Origin: Eledone cirrhosa
Lineage: Eukaryota
NCBI GenBank assembly: GCA_964016885.1
Contig: OZ024742.1
Span: 46,190,001 to 46,254,000, forward strand
Direction: 5' to 3'
DNA: 64,000 nucleotides
The translations under genes and the position numbers were made by a program. Positions 12,392-25,030 of this stretch are shown one piece after another. Below the pieces are notes generated by a model. It ran no database searches. It had not been told where the DNA came from and saw only the letters and a program-made list of their open reading frames with translations. Position 1 is the stretch's first letter. Every line of letters starts with the position of its first letter.

Positions 12392-13955
12392 CGAGAGGGG
12401 GAGGGAGAGCTTATTTTGGGGGCTCCCTGGGTGGTCTTTGTGGCCCTTGCAGTTGTTGTTTTTGTTGTTGTTGTTGGTGGTTCTGTGGCTGTTGGAGGTG
12501 GTGTTGTTGGTTTTTCTGGTGCTGTCGCTGGTGCTGCTGCTGCTGCAGATTTTAGTGCTGGTGCTGTTGTTGTTGGCTGTTCCATTTGTTGTTGCTGTTG
12601 AGGCCCTGGTATTGGCAGCAGCGGGGCTCTGTTGTTACATGCTAATTGATGTTGAGGGCAGAAGGCTCTTAAATAGTTAGCCTTTCCACAGTGGAAACAA
12701 TGTGGTTTTTCCCTTCTAAAATCACATGTATCTCCGACCCATCCGAAAGGTGAATTGAACCGGGGATCTTCCCAGTGTTCCCTCCGTGTTCTGTAGACCT
12801 TCAGGATGGTGTCCTCTTCCTCTGGCTTAACGCATCCCAGGAGCTAATACAGGGTGAGTTTTGGTGGAATCCATGGAATGCGAATCCTCACCGTCTTTGG
12901 TCCCATATAGTTTGGATTCATAGTGAATTGAACCGTTTTGTAAGGGACCACAGAGTATTTTTTAGCCACGGTCTTCGACTTGAAAAGAACAGGTATACTG
13001 CCGAATTGCTTGCCCCTTTTTATGTGGCATGATGCATTTCAGTGCAGCATCCACCTGTTGTTGAGTAAACAACTCCGGTTTTCTGCTATTCGCTGCAATG
13101 CGTTGCGTTTTTCTCTCTCTTGCTGTTAATAATTCGCTCGGAATTTTTAGATTGACCCAGAGCTTTTCGAACCTTATTAGTTGGGCCGCCTGTGCAAAAT
13201 GTTTCTCGAAGTTATCGAGGTCGATTTAAATAAGTTCTGTTGCTTTAGCAGCTGTTATTGCAAATGTGTTTTTCTTCTGGTTATTGTTAGTGTTGCTGTC
13301 GTTGTTGCAGTTAGTGTTATTTTGGTGTTGTTCTCGATGCAATTGGTGTTGTTATTGTTGCTTTTTTGCCTTGTTTCTTTGTTACTGTTGGTGCAGTTGC
13401 TGTTTCATCTTCTTGTTGGTGGTGTTAATTTTGTTGTTGTTTTTGTCATCATTGTTTCTGTTGTTCTGTTTTAGTTGTCACTGTTACTGCTGTGGTTGAT
13501 GTTGTCATTTTTAAAGTTAGCGTTCTCACTGTTGTTGTTGCTGTCGTTGTTCATGTTGTTTGTGGTGGTGTTGCTAAAAAAAAAATTGTTGTTGCATATT
13601 TTGTTTGTAATGAATATTTTTTCATTTGTGTTCGTAGTTGTTACCATATCCCTCCTCTCAAAGTTTAAGTCGCTGTCACACGGCAGCAAACTTAAAGTTG
13701 GAGGGGCGTGGGTCAGCCATGATTTTTGGGAAAGAAAATGTTTACACAAAGTTCAAAATATTTGGGCCACAAGGCCCAAATATTATACAGTCTCCTGTTC
13801 ACGGGACAAAGATGGAAGTCTTACGACCTTTTCCAAACAATATAACAATCAATACAAATGAAAATAAAACGGATAATTTACCAATCTGCGTAGCTCAAAC
13901 AAACACGTCTACACTGCTCGACAGCCAATAATAATACTAATAATAATGATAGTTA

Positions 13956-14158
13956 CTAGTTGTGCCCGCTATCCCGGAAAGAATGTTTAAACCTCCCCAT
14001 TGCTTAATTTAAATACAGTTAGGCATCAACATGTAAGAACTAAATATCTGTTGTTCTCCTCTCGGTATATCATAACAACATTGTGACCTTTAATTAATTT
14101 TTATTTTAACCTCAAACTATTTTCACAAGACCAAATATGTTTACTTACATATAATAGA
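13956..14158 (-). mobile_element. Possible short Helitron remnant
   Basis: Minus strand A|TCTATTATA start and GC-rich CCGGGATAGCGGG before CTAG|T. Confidence 0.35.
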
Positions 14159-14757
14159 TTGTTATATGCTCTACGGTGAAATATATAATTAATTCTTAGT
14201 GACAGGTGTCATCCCTCTCCACAGACTTACTGACATGGTTGTGTTACGCTTCATGCTTTCGTCGTAATAGAGTTTGAATACGTAAGATATGTTCGTAGAT
14301 ATTTCTGTCTAATATCTATCTATCTTTATAACTATAATGGAAGGAAACAGTTCTACAGAAAGATTTTAATTTCCGGAATGAAAGATAGGTTTTATAGATT
14401 AATAAATGTATAGATGAAGAAAGAAAGAGAGAGAGACAGAGGTTTTCGATAAGTGGATATTGTAGAAAGTTTTAAGATGGAAGAATAAGGAATTCGATAA
14501 TATATACCCCGAAGATTTATCAGGAAAAGTATGAAATAACCATTTAATCGTTGTTGAGCTCAGGTGGTATGTCTTTATTAATTAGTTTTCAGGGAATCAA
14601 GGCAGTTTAGAATTGTACACATTGAGATATCTCAATCTGATAACTTAGTGAAACGTTGACAAAAGATGTGATTTTCGGGTTAAAATGAACATTATTACAA
14701 AATGTTCTTTGTGTCAAATTTTATGCAATATATGAGTGTACGATAATGAGTGTACGA

Positions 14758-14900
14758 CAATCATGAGCAAACTGCGATCTGATTCACTTACTGAATGGCA
14801 CACCTAATTTCAAAATTGCTGAACGTTTCAGTAGTGTGACCCGCCTTATAATGAGCTACATTCTATAGGGCCCACTACTCGAAAAAGTTGCTCATGCTTG
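14758..14900. mobile_element. hAT-type MITE (related copy at 58241-58380)
   Basis: Ends CAATCATGAGCAA / TTGCTCATGCTTG; shares GGCCCACT.CTCGAA.AAG.TTGC.CATGC with the second copy. Confidence 0.6.
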
Positions 14901-15024
14901 GTCTACGATATACTGAAAGATGGATGTTAAACGTTTCACAACGCCTGAAATGTTACAAGATTACGCCGAGAAGGACATCGATCATAGGTCTGTTTGATAA
15001 AGGTTGGCAAGGTGAACATATTGA

Positions 15025-15215
15025 TTTCTAATTTAGGCACAAGGCCGGAAAATTTAGTTGAGGGATAAGTTGATTAAATCAACCCAGGTACTTGACTGGT
15101 ATTTTATTTTATTAACCCCGGATAAAGGGCAGAGTTGACCTCGGTGGGATTGGAACTCAGAATGTAAAAAACGCCAGAATGACACTCTACCAATTCTGAT
15201 GCTCTACCACCTTTC
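15025..15215 (-). mobile_element. tRNA-derived SINE
   Basis: Matches the recurrent family (GAGTTC.AATCCC.CCGAGGT.AACT.TGCCTTT...AA.TACCAGT...GGCCTTGTGCC). Confidence 0.8.
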
Positions 15216-15624
15216 TCTTGGGGCTAAACATTAACAGCAACTAATGTCTGCGCATTCCAGTCGTTTTGACTTCTAGCCAAGTAAAATGGAAGAATGTAGT
15301 AAAGTATTGTTGTTGTTATGGTCGTTGATCACTAACTAATCAAACATATGATCGAAGGCATTCCCACCATGAATATCTGGTCATTTTAACAGGCATTGTA
15401 TACCTAGGACTACCTTATTCAATGTAGAGGCGGAGGGTAAGTTAGTTGGTGGCGGAGGTTACTAGTTCGGACGTCACTTCCACACATGTATTGAATACAG
15501 GATATATATGTTTATTAGAACAGTTTTACCTATTTAAGATTGAGGGGTCTTTTCATATATATATATATATGATTTTTGTGCGTTCGAAAACATGAACGTG
15601 TTGAGGTAATTATTTATAAAATGA

Positions 15625-15668
15625 TTGATCTTGATAAGTCCTAAGAGGATGAAACATTTGTAAATCAA
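15625..15668 (+). ncRNA. Degenerate hammerhead motif in a short insert between (TA)n tracts
   Basis: TTGAT-c-TTGATAA-GTCC taaga GGAT-GAAA-CA tt TG-TA-a-ATCAA; core has two transitions. Confidence 0.45.
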
Positions 15669-15701
15669 ATTTTGATGTAAGTGTTTGGAAACATATTTGA
15701 A

Positions 15702-15742
<41 letters not shown>

Positions 15743-16004
15743 ATCCAGGGAGTGTTACGCGAAGTTACTGTAGGTTCACCCAGGTGAGCACTCGGTTCAC
15801 GTCAGTATCGAGGTGTAGAGCTAGACAGAGTGTAATATAATAATACAAGGACGAATGGTTACACTGTCATTACTACTACAGAGGTTCGACGCGCTTTTGA
15901 TTCCAGAGTCGGGTCATATCGATACAGATCAAACCTTGAGCTGATCAGTAGCGAAACGCGCGTCACCAACTAATAAACGTAATGAAGGCGTAACCATTCG
16001 TCCT

Positions 16005-16095
16005 TGTTTTGCCTTTCATCCTTCCGGGGTCGATACAATAAAGTACCAGTAATGCACTGGGTAATTGCTGGCCTTGTGCCAAAAGTAGAAACAAT
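16005..16095 (+). mobile_element. SINE 3' fragment
   Basis: TTTGCCTTTCATCCTTCCGGGGTCGATA...AAGTACCAGT...GGCCTTGTGCC with (ATT)n tail. Confidence 0.8.
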
Positions 16096-16119
16096 TATTA
16101 TTATTATTATTATTATTAT

Positions 16120-18127
16120 TGGTCTGAACGGACGTCTTTTTTCTCGCTCTCGTAAGTCTCTTTATTTACCTGTCAAAACTTATTTATTGTTAAATTTTTG
16201 TTGTTGTGTAATGGACATAAGCCCTTGGACTTTGCCCTGTGAAGGGGAAAGTATAATATTTGGACCTTTTGGCCCAAATATTTGAACTTTTTACATTTTT
16301 AAAAATTATCGAAAAAAAAACATGGCTGAGCCACGCCTCCGCCAGCGATGTCTCCTGTCGTGTGACAACGACGTAAAAGTTGAGAGGAGCTTTACGGCGA
16401 ACACAGAAATTGATACAACAAACACCACCACAAACAACGTGTACAATGACAACAATACTGAGAACACTAATTTTGAAAAAAATGACCACACCAACCACAA
16501 CAGTAACAGCGACAACAAAATACAGACAACCGAAAAAATGACAACAAATGCAACAACAATATTAACACCACTAACATGAAAACAAATAGCGACAACAGCA
16601 ACAATACCAACTGCACCGAGAACAAGAACAACGGCGGCAACGAAGATATAACCAACTGGAACAGTGATAACAGCACAGTGATAACAGCAACAATACCAAC
16701 AACGACAACAACAACAACAACACCAACGACAACAAGAAGAACACTTTCGCTGCGCCAGCAGCCAAAAAGAGGCCATGCTTCAGCATGGATCTCTCGAACA
16801 AAGATGAATAGTTGGCTCAAGCATGGAAGCTCATCAAGCAAGAGCAAACCTGGGCCAACTTAACTGTCCCTGTAGAAGCTATTGAAGCAGTGGAGCGCAG
16901 AACGGTGCATAAAATTACAGATGCATCTCAGCATTAACCACCTAGGGGGGAAACGAGGAAAGTTGCCCCCCCCCTCAATACACACATCAATAAAAACATA
17001 AACACACACACAGACACACTTACAGACACAGACCCCTCATCTACCAGTAGTGAAGATGAGGGAAAACTCAAATCACCAAAAATACAAAAAAGGAAACACA
17101 AAAGAAAAAAAAACTCAACAAAGCACAAAAACACCCACAATAAAAAATGCAGACACCACCCACGCAAAAAATCTCCCCAACAACATCAACACCACCATCA
17201 CCATCACCAGAACCCCCCAAATGCAAACAACCTAAACAGACGCAAGCACAAATACACATACAAGCATCTGAAACTACAGACACCGCACTTACAACAAACA
17301 CAGACACAACCGAAACAACACCATCAAAACCATCACCACCACAGCCACGCAAACAAATAAAATCACACCAACAAAACATACAAAACTTCTTGCTCGTCAG
17401 AAGGGGCAACAAGGAACTGATGGCCCTCGTAGCACGAACTAAAGAAATACAAAAAGAGGAGGACATTTTTAAATCGAGCACATTTCGCGTGCCGGAACAT
17501 TTGTTTCTGGTGTGAATGTCGCTCGATTTATACAAAGAGATACGAGACAGCTTTTCTCGGGACGTGGGAACCCCGAACGTAAAACCCACTTCAAGACTTT
17601 TAAAGGGGTTTCCAAAAGAAACCCCACCAACTATGGAGGTCGAACCACCCGACCTTCACAAGAGTCCGGAAGAGTAGGAAGTTTAAATGTTCGAGGCCTG
17701 GGATCGTCCTGGAAGCAGGGTCACCTGCTCAACGACCTCAGGTCTCTAGAAATAGATGTAATTACCGTCAGCGTACCAGGATTTCCGACAGGCGCGCACT
17801 AGCCCCCCCTTTTCGACGACTATCAGATCTTGGCATCTGTTAGTCGGCCGGGAATGGGAGGTGGCAGTGCTGTTTAGGAAAGGCCTGGATCTCGAGGTAA
17901 GGTCGATCTTCCGGGACCCGGACGGTAAGTTGGTGGTCCTCGACGTGGGCAATAGCGAAGGTGGTGCCTTTAGACTGGTGGCCGTCTACGCCCCTACTGG
18001 AGCAGGACGGCCGGACTTCTTTAGACGCCTGGAAGCCATTCTGGGTACGTCTCGCCCTTTACTGTTAGCGGGAGACTGGAACAGCATCTTAGATGCTCGC
18101 TGGGATTGTATGGGAGTATCCGATAGG

Positions 18128-18217
<90 letters not shown>

Positions 18218-18345
18218 AAAAGCCTCAAGTACCTGATCAGCCAGTTCCAACTGTCTGACAGGTACCGACTAGATTTCCCTAATGCGCCTGTGTGGACCTG
18301 GACCAACCGCATAGGGTCATCTAGATCGTATTTAGACAGAATATT
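16120..18345 (+). mobile_element. L1/Tx1-clade LINE 5' part (5' UTR, low-complexity ORF1 remnant, APE endonuclease), split by (GT)n
   Basis: GSLNVRGL, LVAVYAP, AGDWN, WTW, SRSYLDRIF; related to the minus-strand copy at 11.5-13.9 kb. Confidence 0.85.
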
Positions 18346-18390
18346 CATTATTATTATTATAATGATATGTTTATATATATATATATATAT

Positions 18391-19173
18391 ATACAATATA
18401 TAGAGGGGAAAGACACAGAAGAGTGTGTTTTTCTTTACACGATTTGAAGCCACCAGTGTGAAGAGAATATAAGCTACTAGAGGCATAGGAAAAACATTAA
18501 AATTAAAAGTATAAATTAAAATGAGAAACCGACCTCATACCTAGATCACACATGTACAAACTCACCAGGAGATTGTTTCGCCATTTAAGTGGGTCTAATT
18601 CGGCCCTGTGGGTCATCAGCATGTGGAGAGACCGATATTGTCCGCACTACTAGAGAGAGAGAACTAAAGTAAACTACCTGTAGCACGTGTAGATATAAGG
18701 GAAATGCGTGCGCGAGGCAGTAACCGGTGGCCTGAACAGAACAAGCTGCTAGAGATGGCAGCCTATACTATTCAATTTATGGTGCTCGACAGCACAGAGA
18801 ACGCAAGGAGCAAATATCAAGTAAAAATAACGGAGCAAAGGACTCGCGTATAATCCTGTAATTAAATGAGCTCAAAGGAAAGAGTTTTCCTGGGCACTTT
18901 AAATACAATATATAGAGGGGAAAGACACAGAAGAGTGTGTTTTTCTTTACAGGAATTACAAACTTAAATGGCGAAACAATCTCCTGGTGAGTTTGTACAT
19001 GTGTGATCTAGGTATGAGTTTGGTTTCTCATTTTAATTTATACTTTAATTTTAATGTTTTTCCTATGCCTCTAGTAGCTTATATTCTCTTCACGCTGGTG
19101 GTTTGAAATTCCTGTAAAGAAAAACACACTCTTCTGTGTCTTTCCCCTTTATATATTGTATTTTAAAGTGCCC
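18391..19173. mobile_element. 512-bp non-coding HHR unit (pLTR/retrozyme-like) with partial tandem and inverted tail
   Basis: Direct repeat at 18391/18903; inverted copy 18962-19173 of the unit start; preceded by (TA)n. Confidence 0.8.
18549..18625 (-). ncRNA. Type I hammerhead ribozyme with long stems II and III
   Basis: CACATG-CTGATGA-CCCA...TGGC-GAAA-CAA tCTC ctggt GAGt TTG-TA-CATGTG; GUA cleavage triplet. Confidence 0.8.
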
Positions 19174-19674
19174 CCCAAAACTGTGGTTGCTAAATCTAAC
19201 ATATTGAGCGACCACGTAGAAATATTGTAGAAGTATTGATTGTTTTACACTACAAAAATACACTGATAGTCAAAATAGAAACCCATGATCGGATCGAAGG
19301 ATAGAACCATGATTGTATCACATTAAAACTTTGACATAATCCGCGTAAGAAATAAAATTGTTTTAATAGAATACACAATGTATTCATTGTTACACCATAT
19401 TTCTGCTCCCCTTGCTTAATAAGGTCACAAAACTAGATTGCTCTATACGTGTTTCTTCCTTACAGCAATCCAATTAATTTTGAAGACTTATTTAGGTCAG
19501 AAGAAATCTTAGATAAAAACTATAAAATTCTTCATGTCATAAAATCTAATGAACTTATTCACGGCTTGCCGATAAAATTGAAACCTCTCAATTTTTACAT
19601 TATTTTATTTAATAAGGTTTTGATAATTCGTTAGGAAAGAGAAAAAAAAAGAAGCGCGAGGGAGAGGGAGAGTG

Positions 19675-19709
<35 letters not shown>

Positions 19710-20380
19710 ATGGGGGTGGAGATGGAGAGAACACTATAAGAATATAAGTAAAAGTAAAATACGAAGACAAATTAAACTAGATTGTAAGTTTTGCTTTTCA
19801 TTTATGTATGAGTACATTTTACTGTCAATGAAAGAAAATAAATAACATCGATTGGCATTGGTGATCGTCTGCAATATTTTGTTTTAATTGTTTAACAAAT
19901 GAATCTACTTACTCCAGCACCACACTCCTCTGTTTTCACTTCATTTTATGTTCTTGTGTAATTGAAAACCATTTAATTCCAGGAATATCTTAATGGTGTA
20001 TCAGCATCTATATGAAAACAGCAAGCGGTGTTTTAAGGCAATTTTCTCCTACTAAAGAAAGAGTCAAATACTACTCACTCACAATAGGGGTGTTTTTTTA
20101 AAGCAATATTTTACTACCGGGTGTTCTTACTGGTGCGAATCCTTTTAGTTACCTCATACGACATGCAGGGATATGGTGTGCCTATTCTAAACCAGATACA
20201 TACACAGCACCAGAAATGCTTTAAGAGGAAGATTGGGGATAGAATTCAACCTTTTCCACTATTCATTTTTTTCTGTTTCTCGTTCCTGACACTGCACCAT
20301 AGAGCTATCTTGCCACCGATGATATCCTACTCATCAACATAAACTGATACAGTGTTTTGGTCAAATTATAAAGTGAATAA

Positions 20381-20680
20381 AGGCGGCGAATTGGCAGAGT
20401 CGTTAGAACGTTGGATAGAATGTTTTATGGTATTCATTCCGACTCTCTACTCTCTGAGTTCAAATCCTGCCAAGGTCAATTTTGCCTTTCATCTTTTCGA
20501 GGTCGATAAAAAGTACCAGTCTAGTACTGGGATCTATTCTTCCTCTATATCTCTTTCTCATTTCCTCTCTTTTTCTGGAAGAAATCTGCTGTACTCAGGC
20601 CTGGAGAAGGATGGGCTCCGCCAGATTTAAAATGCCCAAGAAACGCCGTATGTCAATACGACTCTATCAGGGGTTACGGG
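20381..20680 (+). mobile_element. SINE with extended 3' module (second copy at 62680-63000, -)
   Basis: tRNA-like head plus shared tail GGATGGGCTCCGCCA.ATTTAAAAT...CGCCGTATGTCA...ACGACTC.ATCAGG. Confidence 0.8.
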
Positions 20681-20930
20681 ACCATCCATCCATCCAAACA
20701 TACATGATTACATACAAACAAACAAACAAAGTGAATATCTTGAGAAGGTGAACAATTTAAGGCTATTAATGTAGTCATTTGATCTGCTAGAAATAGAAGC
20801 CAAATAATTCGCCAAGCGGATCGTTACTACCTTTAAAAAGTAATAGCATATTTCATAGTGTAGTCCTAGATACTCTGATCTAGGACTCATAGATGTGGTG
20901 GATTATTACAGATGGGTCGCCTTCGATCAT

Positions 20931-21121
20931 AATTGTTTCTACTTTTGGCACAAGGCCAGCAATTATCCCAGTGTATTACTGGTACTTCATTTTATCGACC
21001 TCGTAAGGATGAAAGGCAAAGTTAACCTCGGCGGGATTTGAACTCAGACCATAAAGGGCCGTAACTCTTTGCTGCAAAGAATCGCGTCCGACCCTCTACC
21101 GATATTGCCAATCCACCGCCC
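20931..21121 (-). mobile_element. tRNA-derived SINE, full length
   Basis: Near-identical to the copy at 55783-55972. Confidence 0.9.
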
Positions 21122-21819
21122 TAATGTTTGATCAGGACTGACTTGGGGCTAAACAAGAACACAATTCACCAGCTACACACACTGACCCCCTCCCCCTCCC
21201 CGTCTCATACTATTAACATCATTCAGCTGGCGGCCACACCATCTAACATTGATGTCTACTCTAATGACGTCATCAGCTAATTGGTCTCATATGGTCTAAA
21301 TTTACAGATAATCTAATTGGGTGAAATACAATTTCTACTTCTGCCCCAAATCGAATTATATTTTCCGAGATAATTATTTCTATCTTAAGAATTTAAAATA
21401 TTATTTTTGTTCTTTTGTTCTTTTACTTTCAGCCATGCTGGGGCAATACCATAAAGGGATTTAGTCGACCATATCGTCCTCAGTACTTAGTTTTCCAAGC
21501 TAATTTTTCAGCTTAATTTATTGAACTCTTTTTGCCGGTTTCAACGATGAGCTTTTATTTGAATCGCATAGTCGTTAGATTAGCATATAACTGGCTGAGT
21601 ATTCTACAGTAACATATATCTATAACCTAATTCTTAGGCTGAATTAGTGTGACACAATATGTGACAAGGTCGGACTTCTGAATTACAGGTATAATCCATC
21701 CAACAGGCTTCGATACAGTTTCTGTCTGCCAATTTACACTCACAATGCTTAGGTCGACCCGAGACTATAGTAAAAGTCACTCGAAACATGGACCTAATTA
21801 TTGTGAATCGAACTTATTA

Positions 21820-22550
21820 AACCACTGCACTTCGGGCTGAAGAGGGCAAATTCTCCAAGTACCGGTCGCTCTCCGACAGGTTTGCGATCGTGCCATTGGC
21901 AGTGGAGACTTCTGGTGTCCTTGGCCCTAGGGCTACCTCCTTACTCACCACCATAGGCGCTGTGCTGGCCAGCCGCTGGTGTGAGCCTCGCGAGATGGAA
22001 TGTCTCTTCCAACGCATCTCCCTTACCATCCTCCGGGGAAACGCCTTCTCCATTCTGTCTCCGGGGCTGTGGGGCAGCAAGCCCTTGGGTCCCCATTTGC
22101 TCACAATACAGCGAGACGGGGAGGGCGAGAGAGATGGAGGCGACGAGAGTGGTATTTCGTTTCTTCCATGTCACATTACACTTGTCATGTGGATCATATG
22201 ATACTATTCTAGAAATCTGTAGCGGAAGAAAATTTAACGGAAGAAAATTAAACCACTCGGCCATGTGTACCTCGACGTTTTGTAGAAATAATACACTTTA
22301 TGACACAAGCAGATATCAGAGCAGGAACTCTCTTCCTGTCCTTATTTCTTTATTCCTCCTCTCTACCTCGCTTTCTCTCTCCTCCCCTCTCACTCATTCT
22401 CATTCTCTCTTTCACATACACGGATATCAGAGCAGGAATCTCTCCCTTCCCTCTCATTCTCTACCTTCTTTCTCCTCACCCTCTTTCTCCTTCACACAAA
22501 ATTTTACACGCAGATGCCAAGATAACACATATTATCCACTATAAATACTA
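21820..22550 (+). mobile_element. CRE/SLACS-clade retrotransposon 3' fragment (REL endonuclease C-terminus + 3' UTR)
   Basis: AEEGKFSKY...PLAVETSGVLG...LFQRISLTILRGNA. Confidence 0.75.
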
Positions 22551-23004
22551 ACCTCTACTTTAATAACACAACGTTTCATCCATCAGATTTTGAGAAAACA
22601 ACAACAACAACGACAAAACCAACAAATAAAAAAAAGAGGAAAAAGACATAGCAAACACAAAGTAAAAACAACAACAACAACAACAACAGAAACAACATTT
22701 TTTTCTTTTCTCTCTGATGATTTAGTTATCTTTACGAAGTAAATTGACTTTCATTTCACTTCAAATGAAACCCACTTTTAATCTTACACACCCATTTCGT
22801 TTTCCAGGCAATCATCAGTATATATTGTACCTTATCTATGACATTGCTAACAACATTTTTCTTTACATTCAGGATGCAATATTGAACATTTATCTTAAGT
22901 ATAGTAATATATTGTGATGAAAAAGAAGAAAAACAAATAAGTTGTTAGCTATTCTGTCCATATTAAACTTTATTTAACTACTACTTATTTATTTATTTAT
23001 CTAT

Positions 23005-23043
<39 letters not shown>

Positions 23044-23739
23044 TCTATTTATTTATCTATTAACTATCTGGTCTAACGTAATAACCGCCATCTTTTCTTT
23101 TTTTTCCATCGATTAAACCAAAGCTTTCTGTTTGGTCATGTGTTATTAACTGCCATTTTGATTAAGACTTATCTATTTCGAATCTAGACGGCAATTTTTG
23201 TATGTTCCCACTGCAGGGAGGTTCTAAAAAAAAACAAACAAAATCCCCCGACAAAAAACAAAAAAAATAACAAAAAACAAAACAAAAAAACGTTATTTAT
23301 TTGCTTTTCTCGACTTTACGGATTCCTAACTCACTGATTGATTGATTATTGATAAAATGACAGACAGTGTGTGTGTATGTGTGTATGTGTGTTTGTGTGT
23401 GAGAGAGAAAGGGAGGGAGAAAGAGATTGCTGCTATGGTTATGTCACAAAGTGTATTATTATTATTGTAAGAGTCTGTTGTATATTATATAACGATTTCT
23501 CTCTCTCTCACACACACCACAAATCTATTAGCGTGGGGTTAAGGTTTAGGTCAACTGTTACCCTAACCCCCCCCCCTACCCTGCATCCATTTCATTGTCT
23601 AATTAACGGCCTTCGACCAGAACAAATATTACAACTAAATTAAATATGTCTGCCTGGGTTCTGCCGGTTCCGATAACAAATGTTCCAGTTGTTTCAACAA
23701 TGGAATTACTAAATGCTGCAAATATTTCTGTTATTCTAC

Positions 23740-25030
23740 TGTTTCTGGAAATCTGCCATTTCTAGTAATCCTATTTTTCTGGTAATCATATATTTCTGGT
23801 AATATCATATTTCTGGTAATATATTTCTGGAAATATTATGTTTCTTGTAATATCATATTTCTGGTAATATTATACTTCTGGTAATATTATATTTCTGGCA
23901 ATATTGTATTTCTGGCAATATTATATTTCTAGTAGTATCAGATTTCTGGTAATATTGTATCTCTTGTAATATCATATTTTTAGTAATGTATTTTTGGTAA
24001 TATTGGCAGTATCGGTAGAGGGTGGGACGCCATGCTTTCTAGCATAGTTACGTCCCTTTACATTCTGAGTTCAAATCCCGCCGAGGTTAACTTTGCCTTT
24101 CATCCTTACGGAGTCGATAAAATAAAGTACCAGTAATGTACTGGTTAATTGCTGGCCTTGTGCCTAAAGTAGAAACAATTATTTTTCAGGTAATATTATA
24201 TTTTTGTCAATATTGTATTTCTGGTTATATTATATTTCTGGAAATATTATATTTCTGCTAATATCATATTTCTGGTAATATTGTATTTCTGGCAATATTA
24301 TATTTCTGCTAATATCATATTTCTGGTAATATATTTCTGGTAATATTATATTTCTGATAATATATTATTTTTCTGGTAATATTATATTTTTGTCAACATT
24401 GTATTTCTGGTTATATTATATTTCTGGAAATATTATATTTCTGCTAATATCATATTTCTGGTAATATATTTCTGGTAATATTGTATTTCTGGCAATATAT
24501 TTCTGGAAATATTATGTTTCTGGTAATATCATATTTCTGGTAATATATCTCTGGTAATATTATATTTCTGGCAATATTGTATTTCTGGCAATATTATATT
24601 TCTGGTAGTATCAGATTTCCGGTAAAATATTTCTGGTAATGTTGTATCTCTTGTAATATCATATTTTTGGTAATGTATTTTTGGTAATATTATTTTTCTG
24701 GCAATGTTATATTTTTGGCAATATTGTATTTCATGTTATATTATATTTCTGGAAATATATTTCTGCTAATATCATATTTATTGTAATATTATATTTCTGG
24801 CAATATTGTATTTCTGGCAATATTGTATTTCTGGCAATATTATATTACTGGTAATATCAGATTTTTGGTAATATTGTATCTCTTGTAATATATTTCTGGT
24901 AATATTATTTTTCTGGCAATATTATATTTTTGTCAATATTGTATTTCTGGTTATATTATATTTCTGGTTATATTATATTTCTGGTAATATATTTATTGTA
25001 ACATTATATTCCTGGAAATCTACAATCTCT
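23740..25030. repeat. ~18-bp AT-rich minisatellite (TTTCTGGTAATATTATAT), interrupted by a SINE
   Basis: Dozens of visible degenerate tandem units. Confidence 0.95.
24003..24181 (+). mobile_element. tRNA-derived SINE inserted in the minisatellite
   Basis: Same family as 55783-55972. Confidence 0.9.

Larger units (their letters stand above)
8895..13925 (-). mobile_element. Decayed L1/Tx1-clade LINE (ORF1 zinc knuckle, APE start, RT, C-terminal Cys motif), internally deleted and split by a Helitron
   Basis: CFHCGKANYLRAFC, CINVRCLG, FRPITLLNTEFKILAK, SQGCPLS, SAYADDIT, CPGCAQSNETVLHALVQ. Confidence 0.85.

Noticed and set aside
23740-25030. 18-bp repeat as a coding or CRISPR-like array
   Set aside because: Degenerate minisatellite with variable unit length, frequent stops and no spacers
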